Assembly (NCBI GenBank): GCA_024654445.1
Contig: JANLHP010000026.1
Location: 16,733 to 80,732 of the forward strand
Length of the DNA: 64,000 bases
From: Candidatus Curtissbacteria bacterium
Lineage (GTDB): Bacteria; Patescibacteriota; Microgenomatia; Curtissbacterales; GWA2-41-24
Direction: 5' to 3'
The first letter of the stretch is position 1, and every line of letters starts with the position of its first letter. This document shows positions 47,211-56,603 of this stretch, piece by piece. The translations under genes and the position numbers were made by a program. The notes below the pieces were generated by a model. It had not been told where the DNA came from. It did not search any database and worked only from the letters and a program-made list of their open reading frames with translations.

Positions 47211-49127
47211 TTATATAACTTTTAAAACTATTGATTTGTCGTTAAAGTATACTTTTTGCAAAAAATCCAGGTTTTGAAACCTCGACTCGTAAACGTTCTT
47301 TTCTACATATAAATAAGAAATACTGTTCCCCTTCAAGTTGTTCTTAATTTCTAGCGGATCACTGGAACTAAAAACAACCCGCACAATCCCTTCCCTGCTC
47401 TTAGTATCTTGACCGTGATCTCTTAAAACCCCAGCGCCAGACAAAAACAGAGGTCTGTCCGAGAGGAAGCTAACATACATGAAAGGTTCATCTTCTGCCA
47501 TCCAAGATTCGACCAGCACCACGGAATCTCTCGGAGTCTCATTCTTCAGGTACGAAAAAGCATTTAATTCATCGCTGGTAACCAGATAACCTTTTTTGCT
47601 TTGAACGTATAAGAAATTATTCATCCCTTCGTACAAGGACCGCGAAACAGTGAGGGTCAAAACTAGAGCGATTAATATAACCTTAAAGACAGCCGGAAGT
47701 CTTCGGGTCCAGTAATACAAAGAAAGAGAGGCGTATATCGCCCCAATAATAAATACCGAGATTAAAAATTGCACGGTGTTTGCTCCGCCCGTTTTTTGAT
47801 AAAAAAATGATCCGGCAATTAAGCTCGTTATCATTCCTGAAAGAAGAAATATGTTGAGTTCTCTTGGAAACAATTTGAAAGAACTCCTAGTTTGTAGAAG
47901 TCCAAAATTCACCGTGCCGAATAAAAAAATGAAGAAGAGAACCACGAAAAATGCCTCCAAGAGATAAACTTCAAATATCCGATTTTCTTGCAATCTTTCC
48001 AATCTCAAATAATCGAGTTTAGAAATGGCAAGATCCTTGTGCTGCACAAAATTTTCAAATCTCCACATACCATTAAAAAATAATCCGCCAGCACTTCTGT
48101 TAACAGGTATAAAGTAAGCCATAGATATCAAAAGACAAATAATTGGAACTAAAGTTAGGCGTAGGTTTTGCCTAAGGAGAAAATAGACACCGATCCCAAA
48201 AAAACCTGCAAGGGCAAAAAGTCCACTATATACTTTAAACCCTATTAAACTTCCCATCACAACCGCCGCTAGAATCCCGGCATACATCTCCTTCTTTCTA
48301 AAAAAACGTACAAGTAAACTAAGCCCAGCCAAAAATATAACGATAGAAAAAGCTCGAGGAGGGCCAGCGAGTAGTTTAGAAGCGTCGTCAATTATGGTGA
48401 CGTCAAAATTGAAACCTTTACCCCGCAAAAAAAGTAGAACGTACAATATATCTCCACTAGCATATAGAAAAATCGCAAGCCACCTTGAGAAAGATTTTCC
48501 AAGCCCTAACAACTCGCCTAAAACAAACGCGCTACCGCCCAAAAGGAGGGCAAGAATTAAGCTTAAAAATTGAAATTGAACCTTGATAAAATCTAAATTA
48601 AAGACTCTCGATAACTCAGCAGCAGCCAGGTTGGAGAAGTAATGATAATTGCGAACGTGAACTCCGACCATTCCTGGTTCAAATGGTGGAACGTTTTTGA
48701 TTAGTTCATTTGTCAGGGAAAGATGAAAAATGGCATCCGGAACGCCACGACAGCAAAGATATAAACCCTGTTCATTTCGCACACCAATAAACCAAACTGC
48801 AGACAAATTAAGTACTATGCCAACAATCACGATAATTAAGCTCAGAATATCAACCTTGAAGTTGGGAAGCCTAAACTGAAGTTTTAAAAAATGCTTACGT
48901 TGCAAAAATGTCCAGACTAAAAAAGAAGCGAATAGATAAAGGTAGGTCAATTGCCTGGCATCTAAAATGCCAAAGATGTAACCTTGAAAAACCCACAGAA
49001 CAATCCCGACGGAAAAGCTTAGTACTAAAGATTCCAAAAACGAAAGCTTAAGAGGACGCAAGACGAGGTTCCCCGGCACGTAGAATGCGGCAAACACTGC
49101 AAACAAAAACACGACAAAGTCAGCCAT
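47211..49127 (-). CDS. large polytopic membrane protein with C-terminal soluble domain (GT-C-like?)
   Basis: 638-aa ORF on the minus strand with >12 TM helices and a ~130-aa hydrophilic C-terminus. Confidence 0.4.
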   Translation of the reverse strand: MADFVVFLFAVFAAFYVPGNLVLRPLKLSFLESLVLSFSVGIVLWVFQGYIFGILDARQLTYLYLFASFLVWTFLQRKHFLKLQFRLPNFKVDILSLIIVIVGIVLNLSAVWFIGVRNEQGLYLCCRGVPDAIFHLSLTNELIKNVPPFEPGMVGVHVRNYHYFSNLAAAELSRVFNLDFIKVQFQFLSLILALLLGGSAFVLGELLGLGKSFSRWLAIFLYASGDILYVLLFLRGKGFNFDVTIIDDASKLLAGPPRAFSIVIFLAGLSLLVRFFRKKEMYAGILAAVVMGSLIGFKVYSGLFALAGFFGIGVYFLLRQNLRLTLVPIICLLISMAYFIPVNRSAGGLFFNGMWRFENFVQHKDLAISKLDYLRLERLQENRIFEVYLLEAFFVVLFFIFLFGTVNFGLLQTRSSFKLFPRELNIFLLSGMITSLIAGSFFYQKTGGANTVQFLISVFIIGAIYASLSLYYWTRRLPAVFKVILIALVLTLTVSRSLYEGMNNFLYVQSKKGYLVTSDELNAFSYLKNETPRDSVVLVESWMAEDEPFMYVSFLSDRPLFLSGAGVLRDHGQDTKSREGIVRVVFSSSDPLEIKNNLKGNSISYLYVEKNVYESRFQNLDFLQKVYFNDKSIVLKVI

Positions 49128-49197
49128 AATAACTTAATCTAAGTCTAGAAGAGGCTGCTACGTAGTGTCAATATTGGCAAAGAGGAGCGAGTAAGGT

Positions 49198-49797
49198 CTA
49201 CTCTATTGTCACTTTTTGTATCTTATCGCCAACCTGTATTTTATCGACAACATCCATTCCACTCGTTACCATGCCAAATATCGAATAAAGCTTAGGAAGG
49301 GGAGTGTCACCCAGCATAATAAAAAATTGACTACCGTTCGTGTCTGGTCCTGCGTTGGCCATAGCAACTATTCCGCGTTTGTAGTCTCTCGTTACCGGGT
49401 CGTTTTTAAATTTATAACCCGGTCCTCCAGTGCCGTCGCCACTAGGATCACCGCCCTGAATAACAAAACCTTCCTCTCTTCTGTGAAAAGTTAAGCCGTC
49501 GTAAAAATTACGACTGGCGAGGGATATGAAATTAGAAGAAGCAAATGGAGCGTCTTCGTAAAGTTCGAAGGCGATATCTCCCTTGTCTGTTGAAAGCTTC
49601 GCCATCTTGCCTTTTATTTCCTCTGGTTTTAAAACTGTAAACGGTTGGTTTGTTTGTTCCATTTTTACCTCACCTGATGCCTCTTTTGTTTCAGGTCTGC
49701 TTGTAATATCGTCATTGTCCGAGCTTCTGCCGAATACTAAAAATCCAATAAGCAGAACTACGACTAATGCCCCAAGTGCAACAGCTAAATTCCTCAT
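49198..49797 (-). CDS. ppiB: cyclophilin-type peptidyl-prolyl cis-trans isomerase, membrane-anchored/secreted
   Basis: N-terminal TM MRNLAVALGALVVVLLIGFLVF. FHRREEGFVIQGGDPSGDGTGGPGYKFKNDP...MANAGPDTNGSQFFI. Confidence 0.8.
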   Translation of the reverse strand: MRNLAVALGALVVVLLIGFLVFGRSSDNDDITSRPETKEASGEVKMEQTNQPFTVLKPEEIKGKMAKLSTDKGDIAFELYEDAPFASSNFISLASRNFYDGLTFHRREEGFVIQGGDPSGDGTGGPGYKFKNDPVTRDYKRGIVAMANAGPDTNGSQFFIMLGDTPLPKLYSIFGMVTSGMDVVDKIQVGDKIQKVTIE

Positions 49798-49902
49798 AAC
49801 AGACTCAAGATAGTCTAAAAGAGAGTAAACATTATGTCAATGTATCAGAGAGATGAATAAGACAGAGTAAAAAGATTATACTAACTTTATGCAAAAACGG
49901 GT

Positions 49903-50796
49903 ATGAAGGTATCGATAGTTGTTCTAAACTATAACGGACTTGCAAATACTCTCGAGTGTATAGAGTCCCTTAAAAAGCAAGATTTTACTGGGAACGACGT
50001 TGAAATAATAGTCGTAGATAATGGGTCAGAAGACGGTTCAAAAGAAGAACTGCCGAAACTCAAGGGAATTAAACTTTTATTTAATGAAAAAAATCTTGGC
50101 TACACTGGGGGAAACAACAAAGGAATAAGAGATGCACTTAAAGGAGGATCAGAAGCGATACTAGTTTTGAACAACGATACGGTTGTAGATCCTCTGCTTA
50201 TCAAAACCTTAATAAAGGCAACCGTCTTTGGTGATGTCATCACCCCTAAAATATATTTTGAAAAAGGTTTCGAATTTCACAAAAATAAATATAAGAAGGA
50301 TGATCTTGGTCATGTAATATGGCATGCGGGAGCCCACATTGACTGGGAAAATATTCTCGGCGTCCACGATGACGTAGATGAGGTAGACCATGGACAATTT
50401 ACAAAAAAGAAAGAGATAGATTTTGCAACAGGGGCCGCGATGTTTGTCAAAAGGGAAGTGTTTGAAAAGGTTGGACTTTTTGATAATAAATACTTCCTTT
50501 ATTTAGAAGATATGGATTTTAGCGTACGCGCTAAGAAAAATGGTTTTAAAATTATCTTCGAACCAAGAGCCATCTTGTGGCACAAAAATGCCGGATCGAC
50601 TGGCGGTTCAGGTTCAAAGCTCCAAGATTATTACATAACAAGAAACAGGTTGTTATTTTCAACAAAATACGCAAAACTTAGAACTAAGATTGCAGTCCTA
50701 AGGCAAATTGTAAGTCAATCAAAAGACCCGATAAAAAGGAAAGCGTTAATGGATTTTTTAACTTTCAAATTTGGAAAGGCGTCTGTTAAATTTTGA
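49903..50796 (+). CDS. GT2 glycosyltransferase
   Basis: MKVSIVVLNYNGLANTLECIESLKKQ...VVDNGSEDGS...NNDTV...YLEDMDF. Confidence 0.75.
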   Translation: MKVSIVVLNYNGLANTLECIESLKKQDFTGNDVEIIVVDNGSEDGSKEELPKLKGIKLLFNEKNLGYTGGNNKGIRDALKGGSEAILVLNNDTVVDPLLIKTLIKATVFGDVITPKIYFEKGFEFHKNKYKKDDLGHVIWHAGAHIDWENILGVHDDVDEVDHGQFTKKKEIDFATGAAMFVKREVFEKVGLFDNKYFLYLEDMDFSVRAKKNGFKIIFEPRAILWHKNAGSTGGSGSKLQDYYITRNRLLFSTKYAKLRTKIAVLRQIVSQSKDPIKRKALMDFLTFKFGKASVKF

Positions 50797-51578
50797 TGAA
50801 AATATCGGCACTCATTCTCGCAAAAAACGAAGAAGAAATGATCGAGGATGCTCTTTCGCAGCTTAATTTCGTCGACGAGATTATAGTCTTAAGTCAAAAC
50901 TCGTATGATAACACAAAAAAAATCGCCCTAAGGTACACTGACAAAGTTTTCGAAACTAAAGTTGAAGACTTTTCGAAAAATAGGAATTTTTTAGCAGAAA
51001 AAGCTAGCGGGGACTGGTTGTTGTATGTAGATGCAGATGAAAGGTTCGATGCAAAAAATAAAGAAGAGATAAAAAAGGCACTTGCCCAAAACGAAAGTTT
51101 CAAAGCATATTATTTTCCAAGAAAAAATATGGTCTTGGGCACGTGGGTCAAGCACGCTAATTGGTGGCCTGATTATGTGCCAAGATTGATAAAAAAAGAA
51201 AACCTAGTTACTTGGAGGGGAAGAGTTCATGAAAGCCCAGAAATAGAAGGAGACTTTGGATACCTTAAAAACCCTATAACTCATCTTACCGCAAGAAATA
51301 TGACCCTAATGCTTGAAAAAAGCATCAGATGGGCAAAAATAGAAGCACAGCTTTATAATAAGGCAAGCAACCCAAGGGTTACACAAGCAAGAATAATACG
51401 CTTCTGCCTATTTAAGTTTTTACATAGATATTTTTATAAGCTTGAGATACTTGATGGAAGAGTTGGACTAATTTCAGCCATTTATCAAGCGCTACACGAT
51501 GCTATGACGTTGACATATCTGTGGGAAATTCAAAACGATACCCAACATAAGTTCGAAAAAGCAGTAAAGTCCATTTAA
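50793..51578 (+). CDS. GT2 glycosyltransferase
   Basis: ISALILAKNEEEMIEDAL...YVDADERF. ATGA overlap with upstream gene. Confidence 0.65.
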   Translation: MMKISALILAKNEEEMIEDALSQLNFVDEIIVLSQNSYDNTKKIALRYTDKVFETKVEDFSKNRNFLAEKASGDWLLYVDADERFDAKNKEEIKKALAQNESFKAYYFPRKNMVLGTWVKHANWWPDYVPRLIKKENLVTWRGRVHESPEIEGDFGYLKNPITHLTARNMTLMLEKSIRWAKIEAQLYNKASNPRVTQARIIRFCLFKFLHRYFYKLEILDGRVGLISAIYQALHDAMTLTYLWEIQNDTQHKFEKAVKSI

Positions 51579-51579
51579 A

Positions 51580-52257
51580 ATGAACAAAAACTTTTTACCT
51601 TACGATGTTTATGAAAGGCACCGAAAAATTGGGTCTCTCATCAAAAAAGATGATAGCGTACTTGATGTCGGCGGAGAACTCGATCATCTATCTCAATTTT
51701 GTAATCCTAAAAAATTAGTTGTCGCGAACTTAACACCAGCGGATGTTGTAATTAAAAAAGGAAAACTTCCATTTAAAAACAATTCGTTTACCACGGTGAC
51801 CGCAATAGATGTTCTTGAGCACATCGCCAAAGAAGAAAGAGAAGGCTTTATGGAAGAGTTAACAAGAGTCGCGAAAAACAGAGTCATAATTTCCTTTCCA
51901 GTAGGAACAAGTTGTCACAAAGAGTATGAGTCTAAAGTTCAAAAATGGCTGACTGATAGGGGGCACGACGTGACCTATCTCAAGGAACATATCAAATACG
52001 GTCTTCCCGAAAAAGAGGAAGTGGAAAAGCTTGCGAAAGATTTCGATCACAATCTTAATTTTTCCGGGAACATAACAGTTAACGAATTCCTTTTTAAGCT
52101 TTTTATGTTTGATCCTCATATCAGGTTTATAAGAAGAGCAGTTTATTATCTGAAATTACTTTTTAACCTAGTGACGAACAATATTTTTTATCTGATTCTT
52201 TCAGACAGCGATTATTCCAACAACGTAATCAGAGCATATTTAATAATCAAAAAATGA
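51580..52257 (+). CDS. class I SAM-dependent methyltransferase
   Basis: VLDVGGELDHL (motif I), AIDVLEHI (post-II). Confidence 0.55.
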   Translation: MNKNFLPYDVYERHRKIGSLIKKDDSVLDVGGELDHLSQFCNPKKLVVANLTPADVVIKKGKLPFKNNSFTTVTAIDVLEHIAKEEREGFMEELTRVAKNRVIISFPVGTSCHKEYESKVQKWLTDRGHDVTYLKEHIKYGLPEKEEVEKLAKDFDHNLNFSGNITVNEFLFKLFMFDPHIRFIRRAVYYLKLLFNLVTNNIFYLILSDSDYSNNVIRAYLIIKK

Positions 52258-53303
52258 AATTTGGATTTTTCAGCCCATATTTAAATACCTTTGGAGGAGG
52301 CGAAAGATATATGCTAACGCTCGCGTCACACCTTTCAAATGGTCATCAAGTGGATATCTTTTGGAACGAGCCCGAACTAAAAGCTCCTATTGCACGTTTT
52401 CTAAAAATAGACTTGTCAAAAACAAAATTCGTAGATAACATTTTTAAACATAAATTCTTAAAAAAATCTTTCGAGTCCATGGGGTACAACATGATCTTTG
52501 TTTTGTCCGATGGAAGCGTTCCCTCAACATTTGCTGCCAAGAACATATTACACTTTCAAGTCCCTTTTAAATTTCCCCCTGCTAATGTGAAGACTAGGCT
52601 TAAGCTAAGAAAATATAAATATGTAGTTTGCAACTCCAAATTTACGAAAAGTTACATCGATAAAAGTTTCAGCATAAAATCAAGAGTGATATATCCTCCT
52701 GTCGATATTGATTCAATTAAACCAGGAAACAAAGAAAAACTGATTATCTCAGTCGGAAGATTTAGCCCTCATCAGCTTCACCCCAAGAAACAAGAAGTTC
52801 TAATAGAAGTATTCAAAGAAGTATATAAAAAATTTCCTCAGTGGCGATTAGTCCTGGCAGGGCAAGCGAAAAAAGGTGACGAAAAATATCTCAGGAATCT
52901 GAAAAAATCTGTCCGAGGGTTCGGTATAAAAATAGAGGACAACATGAAGGTGGAAGATTTAAGAAACCTTTATGGGAAAGCTTCTATTTATTGGCACGCG
53001 ACAGGGTTTGGGGAAGACGAAGTAAAAAATCCCGAAAGGATGGAGCACTTCGGCATATCGACGGTAGAAGCACAGGCAGGAGGAGCAGTGCCGGTTGTAA
53101 TCGGAAAAGGCGGTCAAAAGGAAATTGTTGAAGATAGAAAAACCGGAAGACTTTGGACAACAAAATCCGAACTCTATGATGCAACTATTGACCTCATTAA
53201 AGGAGACGAAGAAAGGGAAAAGCTATCAAAAGCTGCAATCAAAAATAGCAAGAGATTTAGTCATCAAGTATTCTTTAATGAATATGAGAAAATTATTTTT
53301 TAA
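52254..53303 (+). CDS. GT4 glycosyltransferase
   Basis: FGISTVEAQAGGAVPVVIGKGGQKEIVEDRKTGRLW. ATGA overlap with upstream gene. Confidence 0.75.
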   Translation: MKFGFFSPYLNTFGGGERYMLTLASHLSNGHQVDIFWNEPELKAPIARFLKIDLSKTKFVDNIFKHKFLKKSFESMGYNMIFVLSDGSVPSTFAAKNILHFQVPFKFPPANVKTRLKLRKYKYVVCNSKFTKSYIDKSFSIKSRVIYPPVDIDSIKPGNKEKLIISVGRFSPHQLHPKKQEVLIEVFKEVYKKFPQWRLVLAGQAKKGDEKYLRNLKKSVRGFGIKIEDNMKVEDLRNLYGKASIYWHATGFGEDEVKNPERMEHFGISTVEAQAGGAVPVVIGKGGQKEIVEDRKTGRLWTTKSELYDATIDLIKGDEEREKLSKAAIKNSKRFSHQVFFNEYEKIIF

Positions 53304-55620
53304 AATTTCGCCCGCTTTTCTTTTCACAGTATTACTTGTATTTTTATTCTTTTTGCCCAATCTTTTAAATGGAAAATTTCCAATGCCCTCAGACAGCCTT
53401 CTTGGTCTTTATCATCCTTGGCGCGACAATTCCTTTGAAGGATTCATGCCTGGCAAGTTTCCGACAAAAAATCCACTCATAACAGATCCAATTTTGCAAA
53501 CATATCCATGGAAGCTACAATCCGTTGAATCGTTTAAAAATAAACTCGCCCCCCTGTGGAACCCATATAGTTTTGCCGGGCAGCCTTTACTTTCAAATGT
53601 TCAATCTGCCCCCTTCCAAATATTTAACATCACTTTTTTTGCTCTTCCTTTTAACGTCGCTTGGGGAGTAAATATTATTTTGCCCCTACTCGCGACGGGT
53701 GGCTTTATGTTTTTTCTTCTAAAAAACTTAGGCTTGTCCAGCGCCGCGTCTGCATTTGGCGCCTTCATTCTCCCCTTTACAGGCTTTTACGTCGCCTGGA
53801 TGACGTGGGGAACAGTCACAACAACGGCCGTGTGGCTGCCTCTCATTCTGTTATGCATATCCAAAATCACCAAAAAAATCTCTGCAGGGTTTTTTTTACT
53901 GCTTACGATTGCAGTTTCGCAAACAATTCTTTCCGGCCACCCTCAAACCGCATTTTATTCGTTAGTTGCATCTGCTTTGTTTTTAATTTTCACTCAAGTT
54001 CAGAAGAAAAACTTCCCTTCTGCAGCCATCATCACGTTCGCGATAATACTTGGCTGTCTCATTTCATCTGTCCAAGTCCTTCCTGCGATTGAATTTTCCA
54101 ATCTTTCGGCAAGAAATACGGACCAAGGATATTACCAAGGCAGAGAAGACTGGTTCATTCCCCCCAAACACCTCATCCAGTTACTTGCACCTGATTATTT
54201 CGGCAATCCTGCCACATATAACTACTGGGGAGTCTGGAATTACGCCGAATTTGTAAGCTTTATTGGAATTATGCCCCTTTCGTTTGCGCTCCTTGCAATG
54301 GCGAGCAAGAAAAACCATGACAAGAAATACTTTTTCATAACCCTCGTTGCAATCTCACTGCTATTTGGTTTACAAAACCCCATATCCAAAATTATCTATC
54401 AGCAAAACATTCCATTTATTTCATCATTTCAACCCTCAAGGATCATATTTTTGCTAGTGTTTGCCCTTTCTGCTCTTACAGCCTTTGGCTTAGATTATTT
54501 TTTGAAGGGAAAACCCAAGAAAATATTACTGGTGTCACCCCTATCAATCTTCCTAGTGTTGCTTACAGTTTTCGCCTTCACTTATTTGAATCCAGAAATT
54601 TTTCCCAAAGCAGGCAATATAGATGCTTATCGGGTAGCGATCAGAAATCTCATTCTTCCTCTCGCGACTGTATTAGTAGTTATGGCTATATTTACCTTAA
54701 GGATTTACAAATTTTCATCGTACTTTCTTATTGCTGCTATTTTTACAGTCTCGGCATTCGAGCTGTTTAGATTCGCAGATAAATTTACACCCTATTCAAA
54801 AACCTCATGGATTTTTCCTGAGACGGCAACGACTAGTTTTCTTAAAGCCCAGGAAAAGCCATTTAGAGTAATGACAACAGATAGCCGCATAATGCCCCCA
54901 AACACATCAAGTGTTTATCGAATCGAATCAATAAATGGATACGACCCTCTTTATCTTGCGGACTATGCAAAATTTATTACAGTTCTTGAATCACACAACC
55001 CACATCAGGAAGCAGGATCGTTTAATAGAATTATTACACCTCAAAATTACAAATCACCCTTAGTAAATCTTCTGAACGTAAAGTACATTTTGAGTTTCAG
55101 CGAAATTAAAAATGAAAACTTCGAAAAAGTTTTTGAAGAAGGCGAAACGAAGGTATTCAAAAACAACGGTAGCATGCCAAGGGCATTTTTTGTGGATGAG
55201 GTGATTAAGGCAAATTCAAAAGAGGACGAATATTCGAAATTACTTGATAACAACTTCGATTTCAGCAAAACCGCAACTTCACGAGAAATGTCACTTCCAG
55301 AAAATGGAGGAGACAAATCACTATCGATAGAATCCTATAGAGACCAGTTTGTGTCACTCAAAACAAAAACTTCACAAGATTCGGCTCTGGTTCTAACAAA
55401 CGTTTATTATCCAGGATGGAAAGTATACATTGACGAAAAGGAAACAAAAATTTACCCTGCCGATTCTATCTTTCAAATGGTCCTCGTTGCCAGAGGGGAA
55501 CACGCTATCCATTTCAAATATCAACCCAAAACCTTTTATAATGGTCTAGCCCTAACGGCAGGCGGAACATTTATTACGATCGTTATGTTTTCACTTCTAT
55601 GGCTCAAAAAATATCGATAG
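53278..55620 (+). CDS. YfhO-like large membrane protein (GT-C-type extracytoplasmic glycosyltransferase family)
   Basis: Start ATG at 53278 (MNMRKLFF...) overlaps the GT4 3' end. ~14 TM helices then a C-terminal ~300-aa soluble domain, ~780 aa in total. Confidence 0.55.
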   Translation: MNMRKLFFKISPAFLFTVLLVFLFFLPNLLNGKFPMPSDSLLGLYHPWRDNSFEGFMPGKFPTKNPLITDPILQTYPWKLQSVESFKNKLAPLWNPYSFAGQPLLSNVQSAPFQIFNITFFALPFNVAWGVNIILPLLATGGFMFFLLKNLGLSSAASAFGAFILPFTGFYVAWMTWGTVTTTAVWLPLILLCISKITKKISAGFFLLLTIAVSQTILSGHPQTAFYSLVASALFLIFTQVQKKNFPSAAIITFAIILGCLISSVQVLPAIEFSNLSARNTDQGYYQGREDWFIPPKHLIQLLAPDYFGNPATYNYWGVWNYAEFVSFIGIMPLSFALLAMASKKNHDKKYFFITLVAISLLFGLQNPISKIIYQQNIPFISSFQPSRIIFLLVFALSALTAFGLDYFLKGKPKKILLVSPLSIFLVLLTVFAFTYLNPEIFPKAGNIDAYRVAIRNLILPLATVLVVMAIFTLRIYKFSSYFLIAAIFTVSAFELFRFADKFTPYSKTSWIFPETATTSFLKAQEKPFRVMTTDSRIMPPNTSSVYRIESINGYDPLYLADYAKFITVLESHNPHQEAGSFNRIITPQNYKSPLVNLLNVKYILSFSEIKNENFEKVFEEGETKVFKNNGSMPRAFFVDEVIKANSKEDEYSKLLDNNFDFSKTATSREMSLPENGGDKSLSIESYRDQFVSLKTKTSQDSALVLTNVYYPGWKVYIDEKETKIYPADSIFQMVLVARGEHAIHFKYQPKTFYNGLALTAGGTFITIVMFSLLWLKKYR

Positions 55621-56603
55621 TAATACCCAACTATAATGGTGAAAACCTGTTGTCAAAAAACCTGCCACAGGTGCTTAAAGCTTGCAAAGGTTGCGAAGTC
55701 ATCGTTGTTGACGACGCGTCTTCTGACAACTCTGTCAAGATTTTAAAAAAAGACTTTAAACAAGTAAAAACCATAATTCACCATAAAAATAGAGGTTTCG
55801 GAAAAACTGTAAACGAGGGTGTCAGTGCAGCATCAGGCGATCTTGTCCTGCTGCTAAATTCAGATGTCGTTCCAAAAGAAGGATTCCTCGACTATGCACG
55901 TGAACATTTTAAGCAAGAAGATATTTTTGCTGTAGGACTCGCGGATTTAAGCCACGAGAATGGAAAAGTTATAACAAGGGGAAAAGGCGGTGCAAGATTC
56001 AGACGGGGATTTTTAGAACACTTTCCTGCAAAGATTGAAGAAGGGGAAACGCTGTGGGTTTCGGGAGGGTCCAGCCTGGTTGACCGAAAGAAATTTAGTG
56101 AGATAGGCGGTTTCGACACAACATTCGCCCCGTTTTATTGGGAGGATATCGACCTAAGCTATAGAGCCAGAAAAAGGGGATACAAATGCATTTTTGAGCC
56201 GAAATCTAAAGTTGACCACTTTCACGAGGAAGGCGCAATCAAAAAACATTACAAAGAATCATTTGTTAAAAAAGCAGCTTACAAAAACCAATTTCTTTTT
56301 GTATGGAAAAACATCGACGATCCAATCTTACTGATAAATCACCTCATATGGCAGCCCTATCATTTTGCAAAAGCATTATTTACATGGGACCTACCTTTCC
56401 TGCTAGGATTTCTCTGGGCTCTCAGACAACTTCCACAACTCATATTTAATGATCAGAAAGACAATAATATAAAACCACGGTCTAAAGGCCGTGCTTCTCT
56501 GATCTTCGCTCAAAATTCGATCCATCCAGAAGATGAAATCCCTGGTTTTTTCGCTCAGAATAAAATATCAGACAGAAATATAATCAAACAATTTGAAAGA
56601 TAA
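55599..56603 (+). CDS. GT2 glycosyltransferase
   Basis: ISIVIPNYNGENLLSKNL...VVDDASSDNS...NSDVV. Confidence 0.7.
   Translation: MAQKISIVIPNYNGENLLSKNLPQVLKACKGCEVIVVDDASSDNSVKILKKDFKQVKTIIHHKNRGFGKTVNEGVSAASGDLVLLLNSDVVPKEGFLDYAREHFKQEDIFAVGLADLSHENGKVITRGKGGARFRRGFLEHFPAKIEEGETLWVSGGSSLVDRKKFSEIGGFDTTFAPFYWEDIDLSYRARKRGYKCIFEPKSKVDHFHEEGAIKKHYKESFVKKAAYKNQFLFVWKNIDDPILLINHLIWQPYHFAKALFTWDLPFLLGFLWALRQLPQLIFNDQKDNNIKPRSKGRASLIFAQNSIHPEDEIPGFFAQNKISDRNIIKQFER

Noticed and set aside
53125-53277. ORF-track start for the YfhO-like gene at 53125
   Set aside because: That extension lies entirely inside the GT4 gene in another frame. The in-frame ATG at 53278 just before the GT4 stop is the plausible start.
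53661-54256. Plus-strand ORFs 53661-54092 and 54050-54256 inside the YfhO-like gene
   Set aside because: Alternative frames of a long membrane-protein CDS. Cys/His-rich junk translation.
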